Notes under the pieces: generated by a model
The model's database searches: none
The model's input: only the letters and a program-made list of their open reading frames with translations
Told to the model about the DNA's origin: nothing
Position numbers and translations under genes: made by a program
Shown here: positions 12,350 through 25,830 of the stretch, piece after piece
How the letters are laid out: the number at the start of each line of letters is the position of its first letter
Position numbering within the stretch: position 1 is the stretch's first letter
NCBI RefSeq assembly: GCF_964194155.1
Contig: NC_135901.1
Span: 17,670,001-17,734,000 of the forward strand
Length of the DNA stretch: 64,000 nt
Source: Cetorhinus maximus
Lineage: Eukaryota
Reading direction: 5' to 3'

Positions 12350-13705
12350 TGGTCCAAGATAACTTAAGCAAGGACATATTTGCATTGGAAGCAGTTCAGA
12401 GAAGGTTCACTCGGCTGATTCCTGGAATGAGAGGCTTTGCCTCATGAGGAAAGGTTGAGCAAGGCTGGTCTGTATTCATTGGAGTTTCGAAGAATGAGAG
12501 GTGATCTTATTGAAACCTGTAAGATTCTGAGGGCACTTAACAGGGTGGATCCTGAGAAGGCTTTTTCCCCTCATGGGAGAATATGGAACAAGGAGGCACA
12601 ATTTAAAAATAAAGGTTTTCAATAAACTTGACTGAGATGCGGAAGACTGAGGTGAGGAGAAATTTCTTCTCTCAGGCATCTATTAGTCTGTGGAACTCTC
12701 TTCCCCAGCAAGGAGTGGAGGTCTGGTTATTGAATAGATGCAAAGTTGAGTATTGCTAAAAAAAAAAGGGACATGTTGAAGCTTTTCATCTTGCACTGAA
12801 CAGGACAGCTGGCAAGAATATCAATATAAGGGGAAAACAACGATATATACTGTATGCAAAGCGAGTGCTGATTGCTTGGCAAGTGGGCTCTGATTGGTAG
12901 AGGCATTGCCATGGAGAATACACCAGTGATAGTGACTGACAGTTAACTGCCAAGCATTGCAAACAGACCATACCCAACCAGCCTGCGTTTGCAAAGCTCA
13001 AAACAATGTCCAATATCAGATGTGATTCCGTGATTGGACAACATTTGCTAAATAATCGTCAGTGTGCTAAAAATTACATTGACAACCAATTTAAGATTCT
13101 TAGTTGGGCTTGCAGTGTGGTGCATTTGCATGTACTGGAAGCTACATATATTAATAGGGCTCTGTTCTTTGCAGACAGAAAAAACAAGTACACACATTGT
13201 GCCTGTTTTAGCTAAACAAAATAAGTGACAGCCATTTGCTGACTCATTCCTCAGGACAATGCCTTGACCAATCAGGGTCAAACTGTCTGGTTCAAATTTC
13301 AAACAATGCTTGGCAGTTAACTGTCAGTCACCATCACTAGTGCATTTTGCATGGCAACGCCTCTACCAATCAGAGTCCACTTGCCAACCAATCAGCATTC
13401 TCTTTACAAAAAGCATATATAGTTGTTTTTCCTTACATTGGTATTCTTGCGAAGTGCCCCGATGAGTACAAGACGAAAAGCTTCCACATGTCTCTTTTTT
13501 CAGCAACACTCAAGTTCTGTACTACCAACAGACTAATTGAGACTGAGTTAGACAAATTTTTCATCTAAGCATCAAAATGAGGTGCGGGCAGTGCAGTTAA
13601 GACCACAGTCAGATCAGCCATGGTCTCATTGAATGGTGCATCATGCTCAATGGGCCGACAGGCCAACTCCTGCTCCGAGTTCTGATGTTCTTATTCTTAT
13701 GTTGT
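12350..13705 (+). mobile_element. CR1 3' fragment split by a Penelope-like element
   Basis: ALEAVQRRFTRLIPG...RRMRGDLIET at about 12380-12560; tail resumes near 13545. Confidence 0.75.
12745..13535 (+). mobile_element. Penelope-like element remnant with inverted pseudo-LTR
   Basis: Peptide SVIGQHLLNN...FKILS...LHVLEATYIN resembles a GIY-YIG C-terminus; about 12745-12960 is an inverted copy of about 13304-13513; hammerhead-like core ccgatgag...cgaaa at about 13459-13478. Confidence 0.75.
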
Positions 13706-13709
13706 TAGG

Positions 13710-14240
13710 ATGGCAGCGCGTGCGCCCAGCAGCACATTGCCCTTCAAACGATGGCGGTAATTAACCCGGGACAGTCGCCATCTCCTGTGCGCAGTGCGAG
13801 AATAAAATCAATGATTTTCTCTCCTGGTCACCGGTGCCCTGAAGCCCCGCCCATGCTCTGTTCCGTCACCAAGACGGCCACTGAATCAAGATGGCGACCA
13901 TTAAACTGGGCCTATTTCCGGGAAAAAGCCCCAGAGCTGAAAACGCGGGACTTGCAGAGTCTTATTCCCGATTTGCGGCCTACGTCAGGTGTTTATGAAG
14001 CCGCCGCTCCCTCCTGACGCCGACTCCCGGCTCCCGGCTCCATTTCTCCCTCCGCCCCATCGACTCTCACCCGCTTAAAAAATCCTCTCCAGCACTCTCT
14101 GGACTCTGATCAAAGTGACACTGCGCATGCTCCGGATACAGTCCAGCACTGCGCCTGCGTACTGGGCTCCTGGAGTGTTAATAGGGCACATTCACAACCG
14201 CAGGGAATGTTGGGTAACAGCAGCGCCATTGCATCCCCAG
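13710..14240 (-). promoter_or_regulatory. CpG-island promoter and first exon, probably of the ZNF gene at 7124-8329
   Basis: ctgcgcatgctcc and ctgcgcctgcg (NRF1-like) at about 14120-14160; gatggcgg / aagatggcg (YY1-like) near 13750 and 13890; reverse complement is homologous to 51242-51370. Confidence 0.6.
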
Positions 14241-14723
14241 AGGGAAAAGAAAATAATTGAGATCAATAAATAAAAAGACACACATGAATCCTCGTGAATA
14301 GATGCTCTTCCATACTCAAATTGCTCAAAGTGATTTAAACTGCTTCTCTCTTGTAGGAATGCACTGAGTTTTTAAAGCTTTTGCCACTTGTTCCCATGTC
14401 TCCCTTCTGCCCTGAAGGTGCTGATTCTCGCGACGTTCAATCCCATAGTCACTGGTTCCTCTCTCCATCACGGGATGAGGAATATTCACTGTTCTAAAAG
14501 AACAGATGAAAATCACTTCGCCCATCATGCTTGTGCTGGCTCTTTGGAAAATCTATCCAATTAATTCCACAGCCCTGCTGGCACTGTCAGAACAATGTAT
14601 ATCCACTGCAGTGATGCAGGAGGTGAATGGAAAAGCTTTTTCAGTTGGGTGCTTCTCAGGCACATTCACCTCCAAGGAAAGATCACTGGCCCAGTGTACT
14701 GAGCCAATATCAAGCGTTCACTG

Positions 14724-14923
14724 CAAAAACAAAAATACCTGGAAAAACTCAGCTGGTCTGGCAGCATCTGCGGAGAGGAACACAGTTAACGTTTCGAGTC
14801 TGAATGACCCTTCAACAGAAACGTTAACTGTGTTCCTCTCCGCAGATGCTGCCAGACCTGCTGAGTTTTTCCAGGTATTTTTGTTTTTGTTTTGGATTTC
14901 CAGTATCCACAGTTTTTTGCTTT
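14724..14923. mobile_element. Short Penelope-derived foldback insertion with 16-bp TSD
   Basis: Inverted arms at about 14724-14790 and 14820-14890; tatcaagcgttcactg at 14708-14723 and 14924-14939. Confidence 0.8.
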
Positions 14924-15139
14924 TATCAAGCGTTCACTGGTTAGTTAAGCCCATAGAGTACCTGGTAGAGTTTATTACAATAATTCTGCACACCCCACAT
15001 ATCACAGTGACATTATTAATAAAGCCCAAGTTAAGGGAGTATCCCTAGTGGGATGGAGTAGATTAATTATTGAGTTACAAAGCAAAGGCATTAAAAGATT
15101 GCAGCCTCACAACTATCAGTTGTCTGTGATGTTGCAGTA

Positions 15140-18100
15140 TGAGGTGAGAGTGACTGCCCTTGACATCAAGGCCGCATTTGACCGAGTGCGGCATCAAGGA
15201 GCACTAGCAATATTGGAGTCAATGGGAATCGGGGGAAAACTCTCCACTGTATTCACAAAGGGAAGGAGACAAAAAAAAGGCCAGTTAGCTTAACCTCCCT
15301 CACTGGGATAATGTTAGAGTATATTATAAAGGATGTAATAGCAGAGCATTTAAAAATGCATAATATAATCAAGCAGAATCAGAAAGGCTTCATGAAGGGG
15401 AAATCATGCCTGACAAATTTATTACAATTCTTTGAGGAGATAACAAGCACGATAGATAAAGGGGAACCAGTGGATGTAATATATTTGGATTTCCAAAAGA
15501 TGTTTGATAAGGCACCACACATAAGACCACTTATTAAGATAAGAGGTCATGGTGTTGGGGGTAGTATATTAGCATGGATAGAGGATTGGCTAACCAATAG
15601 AAGACAGAGAGTTGGGATAAGGGCTGCATTTTCAGGATAGCGACCTGTAACTAGTAGAGTGACACATGGATCATAAGAACATAAGAAATAGGAGCAGGAA
15701 TAGGCCATTCAATAAGATCATGGCTGATCTGCTCCAGGCCCCAAGTCCTCTTTCACGCCAGCTCCTCATAGCCCTCAATTCCCCGGTATTTCAAAAATCT
15801 ATCCACCTCCTCTTTAAATACTTTCAGTGATCTACCCTCTACAACTTTCTGGGGTAGAGAATTCCAGACATTCATTACCCTCTGAGAGAAGAAATTCCTA
15901 TGCATCTCGGTTTTAAAGACACCTTATTCTGTAACTATGTCCCCTAGTTCGAGATTCCCCCGCTGGTGGAAACATCTTCACAACATCTACCCTGTCAAGC
16001 CCTCTCAGAATTTTTTATGTTTCAATAAGATCACCCCTCATTCTTCTAAACTCCAATGAATAAAGGTCTAACCTGTTGGGCCGTTCTTGATAAGTCAACC
16101 CCTTCATGTCAGACATCAGCCGAGTGAATCTTTCGGAACTGCCTCCAATGCCAGTATATCCTTTCTTAAATACGGGGACCAAAACTGTACACAGTACTCC
16201 AGGTGCAGCCTCACCAACACCCTTTACAGTTGAAACAAGACTTCCCTATTCTTAAACTCCAACCCTCTAGCAATACAGACCAAAATTCAATTTGCCTTCC
16301 TAATTGCTTGCTGCACCTGCATGCTAACTTTTTGTGTTTCATGCACAAGAACACCTAAATCCTTCTGTGCTGCACTTTTTTGGAGTCTGTCTCCATTTAA
16401 ATAATAGTTTGCCTTTTGATTCTCGCTACCAAAGTGCATAACCGCACACTTTCCTACATTAAACTCTATCTGCCAAGCTTTTGTCTACTCACTCAGCCTA
16501 TCTATATCCCCTTGAAGATTCCTCATGTCCTCACCATAACGTGCTCTCCCACCTATTTTTGTATCTTCAGCAAGTTTGGACACATTACACTCTGCCCCCT
16601 CCACCAAGTCATTAATATAGATCATAAATAATTGAGGCCCTCGGACTGATCCTTGTGGCACTCCACTAGTTACGTCTTTCCAACCTGAAAAAAGACCCAT
16701 TAATCATGACTCCCTGTCTTTTGTGTGTTAACCAATCCTCAATCATTACCCCCAAATATCGTGAGGTCCCATCATGAGCAATAATCTTTTATGTGACACC
16801 TTGTCGAATGCCTTCGGAAATCTAAATACACTAAAGTTACCCTTTATCAACTCTGCTTATTATATCGTCAAAGAACTCTAGAAAATTTGTCAAACATGAT
16901 TTTCCTGTCACAAAACCATGTTGACTCTGTTTGATTGCGTTCAGCTTTTCTCAATGTCCTGCTATTTCTTCCTTAATAATGGAATCTACCTTTTTTCCCA
17001 GCTACAGATGTTAGGTTGACTGGCCTATAGCCTATAGTCCCTCCCTTCTTGAACAGGGGCATCAGGTTAGACGTTTTATAATTCTGCTGGGACCCTCCCA
17101 GAATCCAGTGAGTTCTGGAATATTTCGACCAATGCCTCCACTATCTCTGCAGCCACTTCCTTTCAGTGCTGGGGTCACAATATTTTACAATATATATTAA
17201 TGACGTAGATGTGGGAAGTGAATGTACTATCGCCAACTTTGCAAATGACAGAAAGATAGGTGGGAAGGCAAGTGGTGAGGATGACACAAAGGATCCACAG
17301 TGGGATATAGACACGTTAAGTGAGTGGGAAAAAAAAAACTTGGTACGTGGAATATAATGTGGGAAAGTGTGAGATGATGCATTTTGGCAGGAAGAAAAGA
17401 GGAGCTGAATATTATTTAGATGGTGAAAGACTGCAGAAAGCTACAGGGATTTGGGAGTGCTCATGCATGAGTCCCACAAAGCTAACATATCAGTTCAGCA
17501 GGTAATAGGGAAGGCAAATTGAATGTTGGCCTTTATTTCAAAAGGAATGGAGAGTAAAAATAGGGAAGGCTTGCTAAAACTATACAAGGCACGAGTTAGA
17601 CCACACCTAGAATACTGTGAACAGTTTGGTCCCCTTATCTCAGGAAAAATATAAAGGTATTGGAGGCAGTCCAGAGAAGGTTCACGAGGTTGATCCCGGG
17701 TATGGAGGGATTTTCTCATGAGGAGAGGTTGAGTAGGTTGGGCCTGTACTCATTGGGGTTTAGAAGAATGAGAGGTGACCTAATTGGAACGTATAAGATT
17801 TTTAGAGGACTTAACAGAGTAGATACTGAGAGGTTGTTTCCCCTTGTAGGGGAGGCTAGGACCAGAGGGCATAATCTCAGAGCAAGGAGTCACCCATTTA
17901 AAACAGAGATGAGGAGGAATTATCTTCTATAAGAGGATAGTGAATCTGTGGAATTCTTTACCGCAGAGAGCTGTAGAGGCTGGATAATTAAGTATATTCA
18001 AGGCTGTGATAGACACATTTTTATCAGCAAGGGTAATGGGGAAAGGGTAGGAAAGTGGAGTTGAGAATTGTCAGATCAGTCATGATCTCATTGAATGGCG

Positions 18101-19211
18101 GAGCAGACTCAATGGGCTGAACGGCCTACTTTCTCTCATACGTCTTGTGGTCTTATGGTTGGAGTCATACCTAGCACAAAGGAAGATGGTTTTGGTGGTT
18201 GGAGGTCAATCAACTCAGCTCCAGGACTTCACTGCGGGAATTCCTAAGGGTACTGTCCTCGGCCCAACTATTTTCAGCTGCTTCATCAATGACCTTCCTT
18301 CCATCATGAGGTCAGAATTAGGGATATTTCTGATGATTGCACAACGTTCAGCACCATTTGCAACTCCTCAGACACTGAAGCAATACATGTCCAAATGCAG
18401 CAAGACCTGGACAATATCCAGGCTTGGGCTGACAAGTGGCAAGTAAAATTCGCACCATAAAAGTGCCAGGCAATGACCATCTTCAACAAGAGTGAACCCA
18501 ACCATCGCTCCTTGATGTTCAATGGCATTACCATCACTGGATCTCTCGCTATCAGCATACTGTGGGTTACCATTGGCCAGTAACTGAACTGGACTAGCCA
18601 TATAACTACTGTGGCTACAAGAGCAGGTCAGCGGCTAGGAACTCTGTGATGAATAATTCACTTCCTGACTCCCCAAAACCTGTCCAGCATCTACAAGGCA
18701 CAAATCAGCAGTGTGATGGAATATTCCCCACTTGCCTGGATGTGCAGCTCCCACAACACTCAAGAAGCTTGACACCATCCAGGACAAAGCAGCCTGCTTG
18801 ATTGGCATCCCATCCACAAACATTCACTCCCTCCACCATCGACTCACAGTAGCAGCAGTGTGTACCATCTACAAGATGCACTGCAGGAATTCACCAAGGC
18901 TCCTTAGACAGCACCTTACAAACCCACGACAACTGCCATCTAGAAGGACAAGGGCAGCAGATAGATGGGAACACCTCCCCCTAGAAGTTCCCCTCCATGT
19001 CACAGACTTAGAAATATATCACCGTTCTTTCACTATCGCTGTGTCAAAATCCTGGAACTCCCTTCCTAACAGCACTGTGAGTGTCTCTACATTACATGGA
19101 CTGCAGCAGTTCAAGAAGGCAGCTCACCACCACCTTCTCAAGGGCAACTAAGGATTGGCAAAAACGCTGACCCAGCCAGCGAAGCCCACATCCCATGAAT
19201 GAATAAAAAAA
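15140..19211 (+). mobile_element. Three-level nested LINEs: family B (+) containing CR1 (+) containing CR1 (-)
   Basis: Family B breaks after ggaaaactctccactg (about 15249) and resumes ggttggagtcatacc (about 18157), contiguous in the copy near 37640; the inner CR1 breaks at ggatca (about 15673) and resumes tcagtgctgggg (about 17163). Confidence 0.8.
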
Positions 19212-19419
19212 TACAAGGACCATATGAGACTTCTGCTGTGTCTTTACTTCCCCATGACAGCCAATGTATCCTATTAAACACCCACCACAATATTTAGCCC
19301 AGAAAGCTGAGGTTATTATGATCACAGCCCTTCAAGGTGTTACTGAGAGGACCGCCAACTATTCTGAAAGCTCCTTTATTTGTAACTCCCTCATTGTAAA
19401 CCTACTTCTCCAGCAACAA

Positions 19420-21080
19420 AAACACAGCCTTTCCACAGCAAAAAGGAAAACTCTCACCCACCATTTCAAACTCTGAATGATTTGAGATATTGCTGGTAAG
19501 TGACCAGGACAAGTTGCTATTTGTAAGGTGAAGGTGCATTAGCGGCAGGGGTTAGTGAAGAGGGTGATGGTAATAACCAGGCAGACTGACTCACTAGGAA
19601 AGCTGCTCCAGAGGGGATTCCTTGCGATCCACCCAAAATGCAATCATTGTGATTATGGCCAAAGAGGCCAGGCACCATAGGAAAGACTTTCCCTCATCAC
19701 TCACAGCAAGTAAGGTCTCTCCCATTATACATGATACGAACATATGAATTAGGGGTAGGCCACTCGGGCCTGCTCGGCCATTCAATAAGATGATTGGTGA
19801 TCTGATCGTGGCCTCAACATTCCTATCACAATAATGGCTCTAATTTGAATTGGGTCACACCTTAATTTCTTAGAAAATAATTACTTTTGTTTATGGATCA
19901 AATTGGGGCACGTTTCTCTTTCCTTGAGTTCTCAATGCACCAGGACGTCCATTACCACCTGAACCTGTGTCTCATCTGTGTCCAAATTAATCCAGACCTG
20001 TGAAATGCAAGGTCCCAATGGACATGTGCCATCTGAATGATGTTCCCTGGAAAATATTGCAGTTTGATTATACAGGCCTATTACACACAGTAAAAGGAGG
20101 GGACCAGTATATACCCTGGTAGTTATAGATATGTTTACATGGTGGATTGAAGCTTTCCCTGTCTGTATAAATGATGCAGTCACCTACAGCTAAAACTCTG
20201 TGGGAACAAATCTTTACTAGATGGGACTTTCTGAAAAGGATAGAGAGTGATAATTGTTCTCATTTCACAGCAGAGGCAATACAGCAGCTGTGTCATCTTG
20301 TGGGTGTGGAACAACATTTCTGCATCCCCTACCGCCCAGACTCTAGTGGGATGGTCAAGATGTTTAATCACTCTGGAGAAACGACACTGAAAAAGCTGTC
20401 ATGAACGGAGCTGATGATCTGATCAAGCCCAATGACTGGGTCACTGCCTCGCCTGGTGTCTTAATGACCATTCACTCCACTCCTGTTCACTCCCCGGTCA
20501 CAGCTCATCTTAGCTCATGACAGATTGGTCAATCCAGATCGTGCGTCCCACCGGGTCCCACACCCCATGGCCACTCAACAGACTCAGGACCAGTTTCTCC
20601 AGAACCTCCAACAAACCTCAGCATTCTCCCTGCTACAGGCAGTGGAGAAGATGGTGCTGCCCATCTCAACACATCCAGGGAGAAACACCCCACCTGTTAC
20701 ATTAACTGTTCAATGGGAGATGAAGTCATGTTAAGAACATTGTTAAACGGGGTCGGTCTGGGGGGCTACTTGGGATGGTCCATATGACGTTCAACATAAA
20801 TTGGGAGAAACAAGTCTTAGATTGAGTATTCAGTAACAAGAGAAGGAAACACAATATCTGTGTTACCATGGAGATCAGTGTAAACAGTAAAAAATGGAAA
20901 GGTCAGATAACTAGACGGAGAATAAACGCTGTGTTTGATTTTATCCAACAGGAACAAAATGTATATGGTCATCGTGCTCCTGGATTGTGTCCAGGTTGAA
21001 GTTCTGTTCCGGTCGTATGATCCTCCCCCAGATTGTCCTTTCTGAGCTCCAGCCAGGCGATGTTAAACACTCAGGTGGGA
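19420..21080 (+). mobile_element. Degenerate retroviral/Gypsy-type pol remnant (RNase H and integrase) with possible spliced env start
   Basis: Translations WKILQFDYTG, YTLVVIDMFTWWIEAFP, RWDF..RIESDNCSHFT, PYRPDSSGMVKMFN match the integrase DDE core; acceptor ttttatccaacag followed by an ATG and a hydrophobic stretch near 20951. Confidence 0.7.
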
Positions 21081-21257
21081 AAGATAAAAATCTACAACAA
21101 TGTGTTTAACACAGCTGATTTATTTGATATATAACCAGAATATTAAACTTCAGTGCAATTATTATCGGCAGAAAGGAACACCAACTGTCAGAATGAACAT
21201 GGTCCAGTCCTGAATGTGATTAACTGCAGCAATAACAGCAGAATCCAACCCCTGCAG

Positions 21258-21764
21258 TCACTTGTGTACTCGCTGGTGCCTCACCAGGTGGGATGACTGA
21301 GTGAACCCTTTCCCACACTCAGAGCAGGTAAACAACCTCTCCCCAGTGTGAACTTGCTGGTGTCTCAGCAGATGGGATGAATGGATGAATGCTTTCCCAC
21401 AGTCGGAGCAGGAGAATGGTCTCTCCCCAGTGTGAACTCTCTGGTGGGCCAGCAGGTGGGCTGACTGACTGAATCCCTTCCCACAGGCAGAGCAGGTGAA
21501 CGGCCTCTCCCCAGTGTGAACTCGCTGGTGTATCCGAAGGTCGGATGAATTAATGAATCCCTTCCCACATGTGGAGCAGGTGAATGGCCTCTCCTCAGTG
21601 TGAGTGATTTGGTGCCTTAGAAGGTCGGATGACCGAGCGAATCCCTTTGGGCACATGGAACAGGGGAACGGTCTCCCCGCAGTGTGAGTGTGTCGATGAG
21701 TTTCCAGCCAGGATGAGTATTTGAATCCCTTCCCACAGTCCCCACATTTCCATGGTTTCCCCAT
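21258..21764 (-). CDS. C2H2 zinc-finger protein, 6 fingers
   Basis: Open [17 protein letters not shown]...HQRVHK*; decayed fingers and leader upstream at 21765-22110. Confidence 0.8.
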   Translation of the reverse strand: MGKPWKCGDCGKGFKYSSWLETHRHTHTAGRPFPCSMCPKGFARSSDLLRHQITHTEERPFTCSTCGKGFINSSDLRIHQRVHTGERPFTCSACGKGFSQSAHLLAHQRVHTGERPFSCSDCGKAFIHSSHLLRHQQVHTGERLFTCSECGKGFTQSSHLVRHQRVHK

Positions 21765-22124
21765 GGTGCGGGCATCCTTGTGTCTCTCCAGGTTAGGTGA
21801 TCAATTAAAGCCTTGTCCACAAACAGTACACGTGTACAGTTTCTCCTCACTGTGAATGGTATGATGCTTTTTCAGGCTGTGTAACTGGTCAAAGCTCTTT
21901 CCACAGTCAGTGCACTGGAACACTTTCACTCGAGTGTGTGGGTGTCTTTTCCAGTCACGTTGATGCTTGAAATTGTTTCCTCAGACAGAATTGACAAACA
22001 TTTCTCCTTCTACATTCAAGGGCCGATGATATTCAGGTCCTGATGAATTGAGTGGCTCTGACAGATCTTGATAATTGGTTTTAGTTTCCCTTTGACACCC
22101 CAAGCCTGTAAAAAGAGTTTACAT

Positions 22125-25100
22125 AGAATTACACAGAAAATATAGAATAGAAAGAGGCCATTGGACCAACTAGTGTGTGCTGGTGTTTACACTCCACATG
22201 CTTCCCCTTCCATTCCATCTAACTCAGCTCAGTCTTTCAGTTCATCTTTCTATTCCTTTTTCTCTCATGTACTCATCTAGTTTCCTTTTGAAATTATCTC
22301 AGCTTTTTGCCATAACCACTTCCTGTGGTCGTGAGTTCCACTTTCTAACCACTCTGAGTAAACATATTTCTCCATATTTCCCTATTAGATTTATCAGTAA
22401 CTATCTTGTATTTCTGGCTCCTAGTTGTGGATTCTCCAACAAATGGAAACATTCTCTCCACATCTACAAGGTCCCAAATGGCAGACTGGGCAGAAAAATA
22501 AAAACTCATGGGATCCCAGAGATAGTTACAAGTTGAATCCAAAATTGCCTCAACAGCAGGAAGTGATTATGATGGTCGATGGGTGGTATTTTGTGAATGG
22601 AAGGCTGTTTCCAGTGGGGTTTCACAGGGCTCAGTATTGGCTCCTTCATTCCTGGTTTGTATGACTGAGTCAGACCTAAATATGAACAAACAAATTAGGA
22701 GCAGGAGTAGGCCACTCAGCCCCTCAAGCCTGCTCTGCCATTCAATAAGATCATGGCTGATCTGATTGTAACCTCAACCCCATATTCCTGCCTACCCCCG
22801 ATAACCTTTCACACCCTTGTTAATCAAGAATCTATCGAGCTCTGCCTTAAAAATATTCAAAGACTCTGCTTCCACTGTCTTTTGAGGAAGAGAGCTCCAA
22901 AGACTCACAACCCTCTGAGAGAAAAAATTTCTCCTCATCTCTGTCTTAAATGAGTGACCCCTTATTTTTAAACGGTGACTAGATTCTCCCACAAGAGGAA
23001 ACATCCTCTCCACATTCACCCTGTCAAGACCCCTCAGGATCATAAACGTTTCAATTAAGTCACCTCTCACTCTTCTAAATTCCAGTGGATACAAGCCTAA
23101 CCTGTCCAGCCTTTCCTCATAAGACATTCCTGATATTAGTCTAGTAAACCTTCGCTGAACTGCTTCCAATGCATTTACATCTTTCTTTAAGTAAGGAGAT
23201 CAGTACTGTACACAATACTCCAGATGTGGTCTCACCAATGCCCTGTACAACTGAAGCATAACCTCCCTACTTTTGTAATCAATTCCCCTCACAATAAATT
23301 CTAACATTCTATTAGCTTTCCTAATTACCTGTTGTACCTGCACACCAGCCTTTTCTGGTTCATGCACTTGGACGCCCAGATCCCTCTGAATCTCAGAGCT
23401 CTGCAATCTCTCACAATTTAGATAATAAGCTTCTTTTTTATTCTTCCTGCCAAAATGAACGATTTCACATTTGCCCACATTATACTCCATTTTCCAGATC
23501 TTTGCCCACTCACTTAACCTATCTATTTCACTTTGTAGCCTACTTACGACCACTTCACAATTTACTTTCCTACTTATCTTTGTGTTGTCAGCAAATTTAG
23601 AAACCATTGCTTTGGTTCCTTCATCCATGTCATTTATATAAATTGTAAATAGGCGTGGCCCCAGCATTGATCCCTATGGCACACCACTCATTACATTCTG
23701 CCAACCAGAAAAAGACCCATTTATGCCAACTCTCTGTTTCTTGTTAGCTAGCCAATCTTCTATCCATGCCAATATGTTACCCCCTACACCAAGATCTTTT
23801 ATTTTCTGTAATAACCTTTGATGTGGCACTTTACCAAATGCCGTCTGGAAATCTAAGTACAGTACATCCACTGTGTCCTCTTTATCCGCAGCATATGTGA
23901 GTCCTTCAAAGGACTCCAATAAATTGGTTAAACGTGATTTCCATGTTGACTCTTCCTGATTGCCTTGAATTATTCTAAGTGCCCTGCTATAACATTGTTA
24001 ATAATAACGTCTAATATCTTCCCTATGACAGATGTTAGGCTAACTGATCTATAGTCTCCTGCTTTCTGTCTCCCTCCCTTTTTGAATAAAGGAGTTATAT
24101 TTGCTATTTTCCAATCTAATGGACATGAACAGGAAGTTTGCTGATGATACAAAAATGGTTATGTGTTTGATAATGAGGAAGAAAGCTGTAGGGAAAACAA
24201 GGCAAAGGATTACATGATAAATGGAAAGGATACTGAGAATTGTAGAGGAACAGAGAGATCTTGGAGCCTGAAGGTAGCAGGACAGGTAGATATGGTGATT
24301 AAGAAAGCCTACAGGATATTTACCCCTATTAGCCAAGGCATAGAATATAAGAGCAGTAAGGTTCTGCTTGAACTGCATAAAACACTAGTTAGGCCAGAGC
24401 TAGAGTACTGTGTACAGTACAGGAAGGATGTGATCGCACCAGAGAGAGTACAGGGGGGATATAAGAAGATGTGTCAGGAATGGAGAATTTTAGCTCTGAG
24501 GTAAGATTGGATAGGCTGGGGTTGTTTTCTTTGGAGCAGAGGAGGTTGAGGGGAGACTTAAAGGAAATGTATAAAATTATGAGGGGTTTAGATAGATTGG
24601 ATAGGAAGGCACTATTCCCTTTGGTTGAGGGGTCCATAATGAGGGGAAAGAAGTAGGAGGTATAGAGGGGATATGAGGGAATTCTTTTTCACCCAGAGGG
24701 TGGTGGGGAGCTGTAACCCGCTGCCTGAAAGGATGGTAGATGCAGAAACCCTCATAACATTTAAAAAGTGTACATTAATGATCTAGACATGAATCTAGGA
24801 GCAATGATCAGTAAGTTCGCAGATGGAATGAAAACCAGTGGTGTGGGAAATAGCGAGGAGGGAAGCTTTAGACCAAAGGACAATATAGATGGGCTATCAG
24901 ATGGGCAGAACAGTGGCAAGTGGAATTTAATCCTGAAAATGTGAGGTGGTGCATTTTGGGAGGACTAACAAGGCAAGGGAGTACATGAGAATGATAGGAC
25001 TTTAGGAAGTAGAAAGGATCAGAAGGACCTTTGTGTGCATGTCCATAGATCTTTGAAGGCAGCAGGACAGGTGTATAACGTGGTTAAGAAGGCATATTGG

Positions 25101-25830
25101 ATATTTGTCTTTATTAGTCAAGGCATTGAATACAAGAGCAGGGACATTATGATGGAGCTGTATAAAGCATTAGTTAGGCCACATCTGGAGTAGTGTATGC
25201 AGTTCTGGTCGCCACACTGTAGGAAGGATATGATTGCACTGGAGAGGGTGCAGAGGAAATTCACCAGGATGTTGCCTAGGCTGGATGTTTCAGCTATGAA
25301 GAGAGACTGGATAGGCTGGGATTATTTTTCTTAGAACAGAGAAGGCTGAGGAGGGACCTAATTAGGGTGTACAAAATTATGTGGGGCATAGATAGGGTAG
25401 ATAGGAAGAAACTTTTCCCCTTAGTGGAGGGTCAATAACCAGGGGGCATAGATTTAAGGTAAGGGGCAGGAGCTTTAGAGGGATTTGAGGAAAAATCTTT
25501 TCATCCAGAGGTTGGGGGTTATATGGAGCTCACTACCTGAAAGGGTGGGAACCCTCAAAACATTTAAGAAGTATTTAGATGAACATTTGAAACGTCATAG
25601 CATACAGGGCTACGGGTCAAGTGTTGGAAAATTAGATTAGAGCAGATAGGGGCTTGATGACTGGGGTAGACATGATAGGCCAAAGGGCCTGTTTCTGTGC
25701 TCTATGGCTCTAGGTATTTGGATGTACACTTGAAGTGATGTAACCTGCAAGGCTACGGACCAAGAACTGGAAATTGGGATCTGGCTGGATGACTACTAGT
25801 TGGTCATCACGGACACGGTGGACTGAATGA
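22125..25830. mobile_element. Cluster of CR1 fragments in both orientations, including a CR1 nested in a CR1 (about 24770-25710)
   Basis: RT motifs on - (22690-24120) and + (24125-25830); host sequence catttaaaaagt resumes as gtatttggatg near 25712. Confidence 0.8.

Noticed and set aside
14506-15048. 180-aa ORF as a host gene
   Set aside because: It runs through the Penelope foldback and repeat fragments; no domain recognised.
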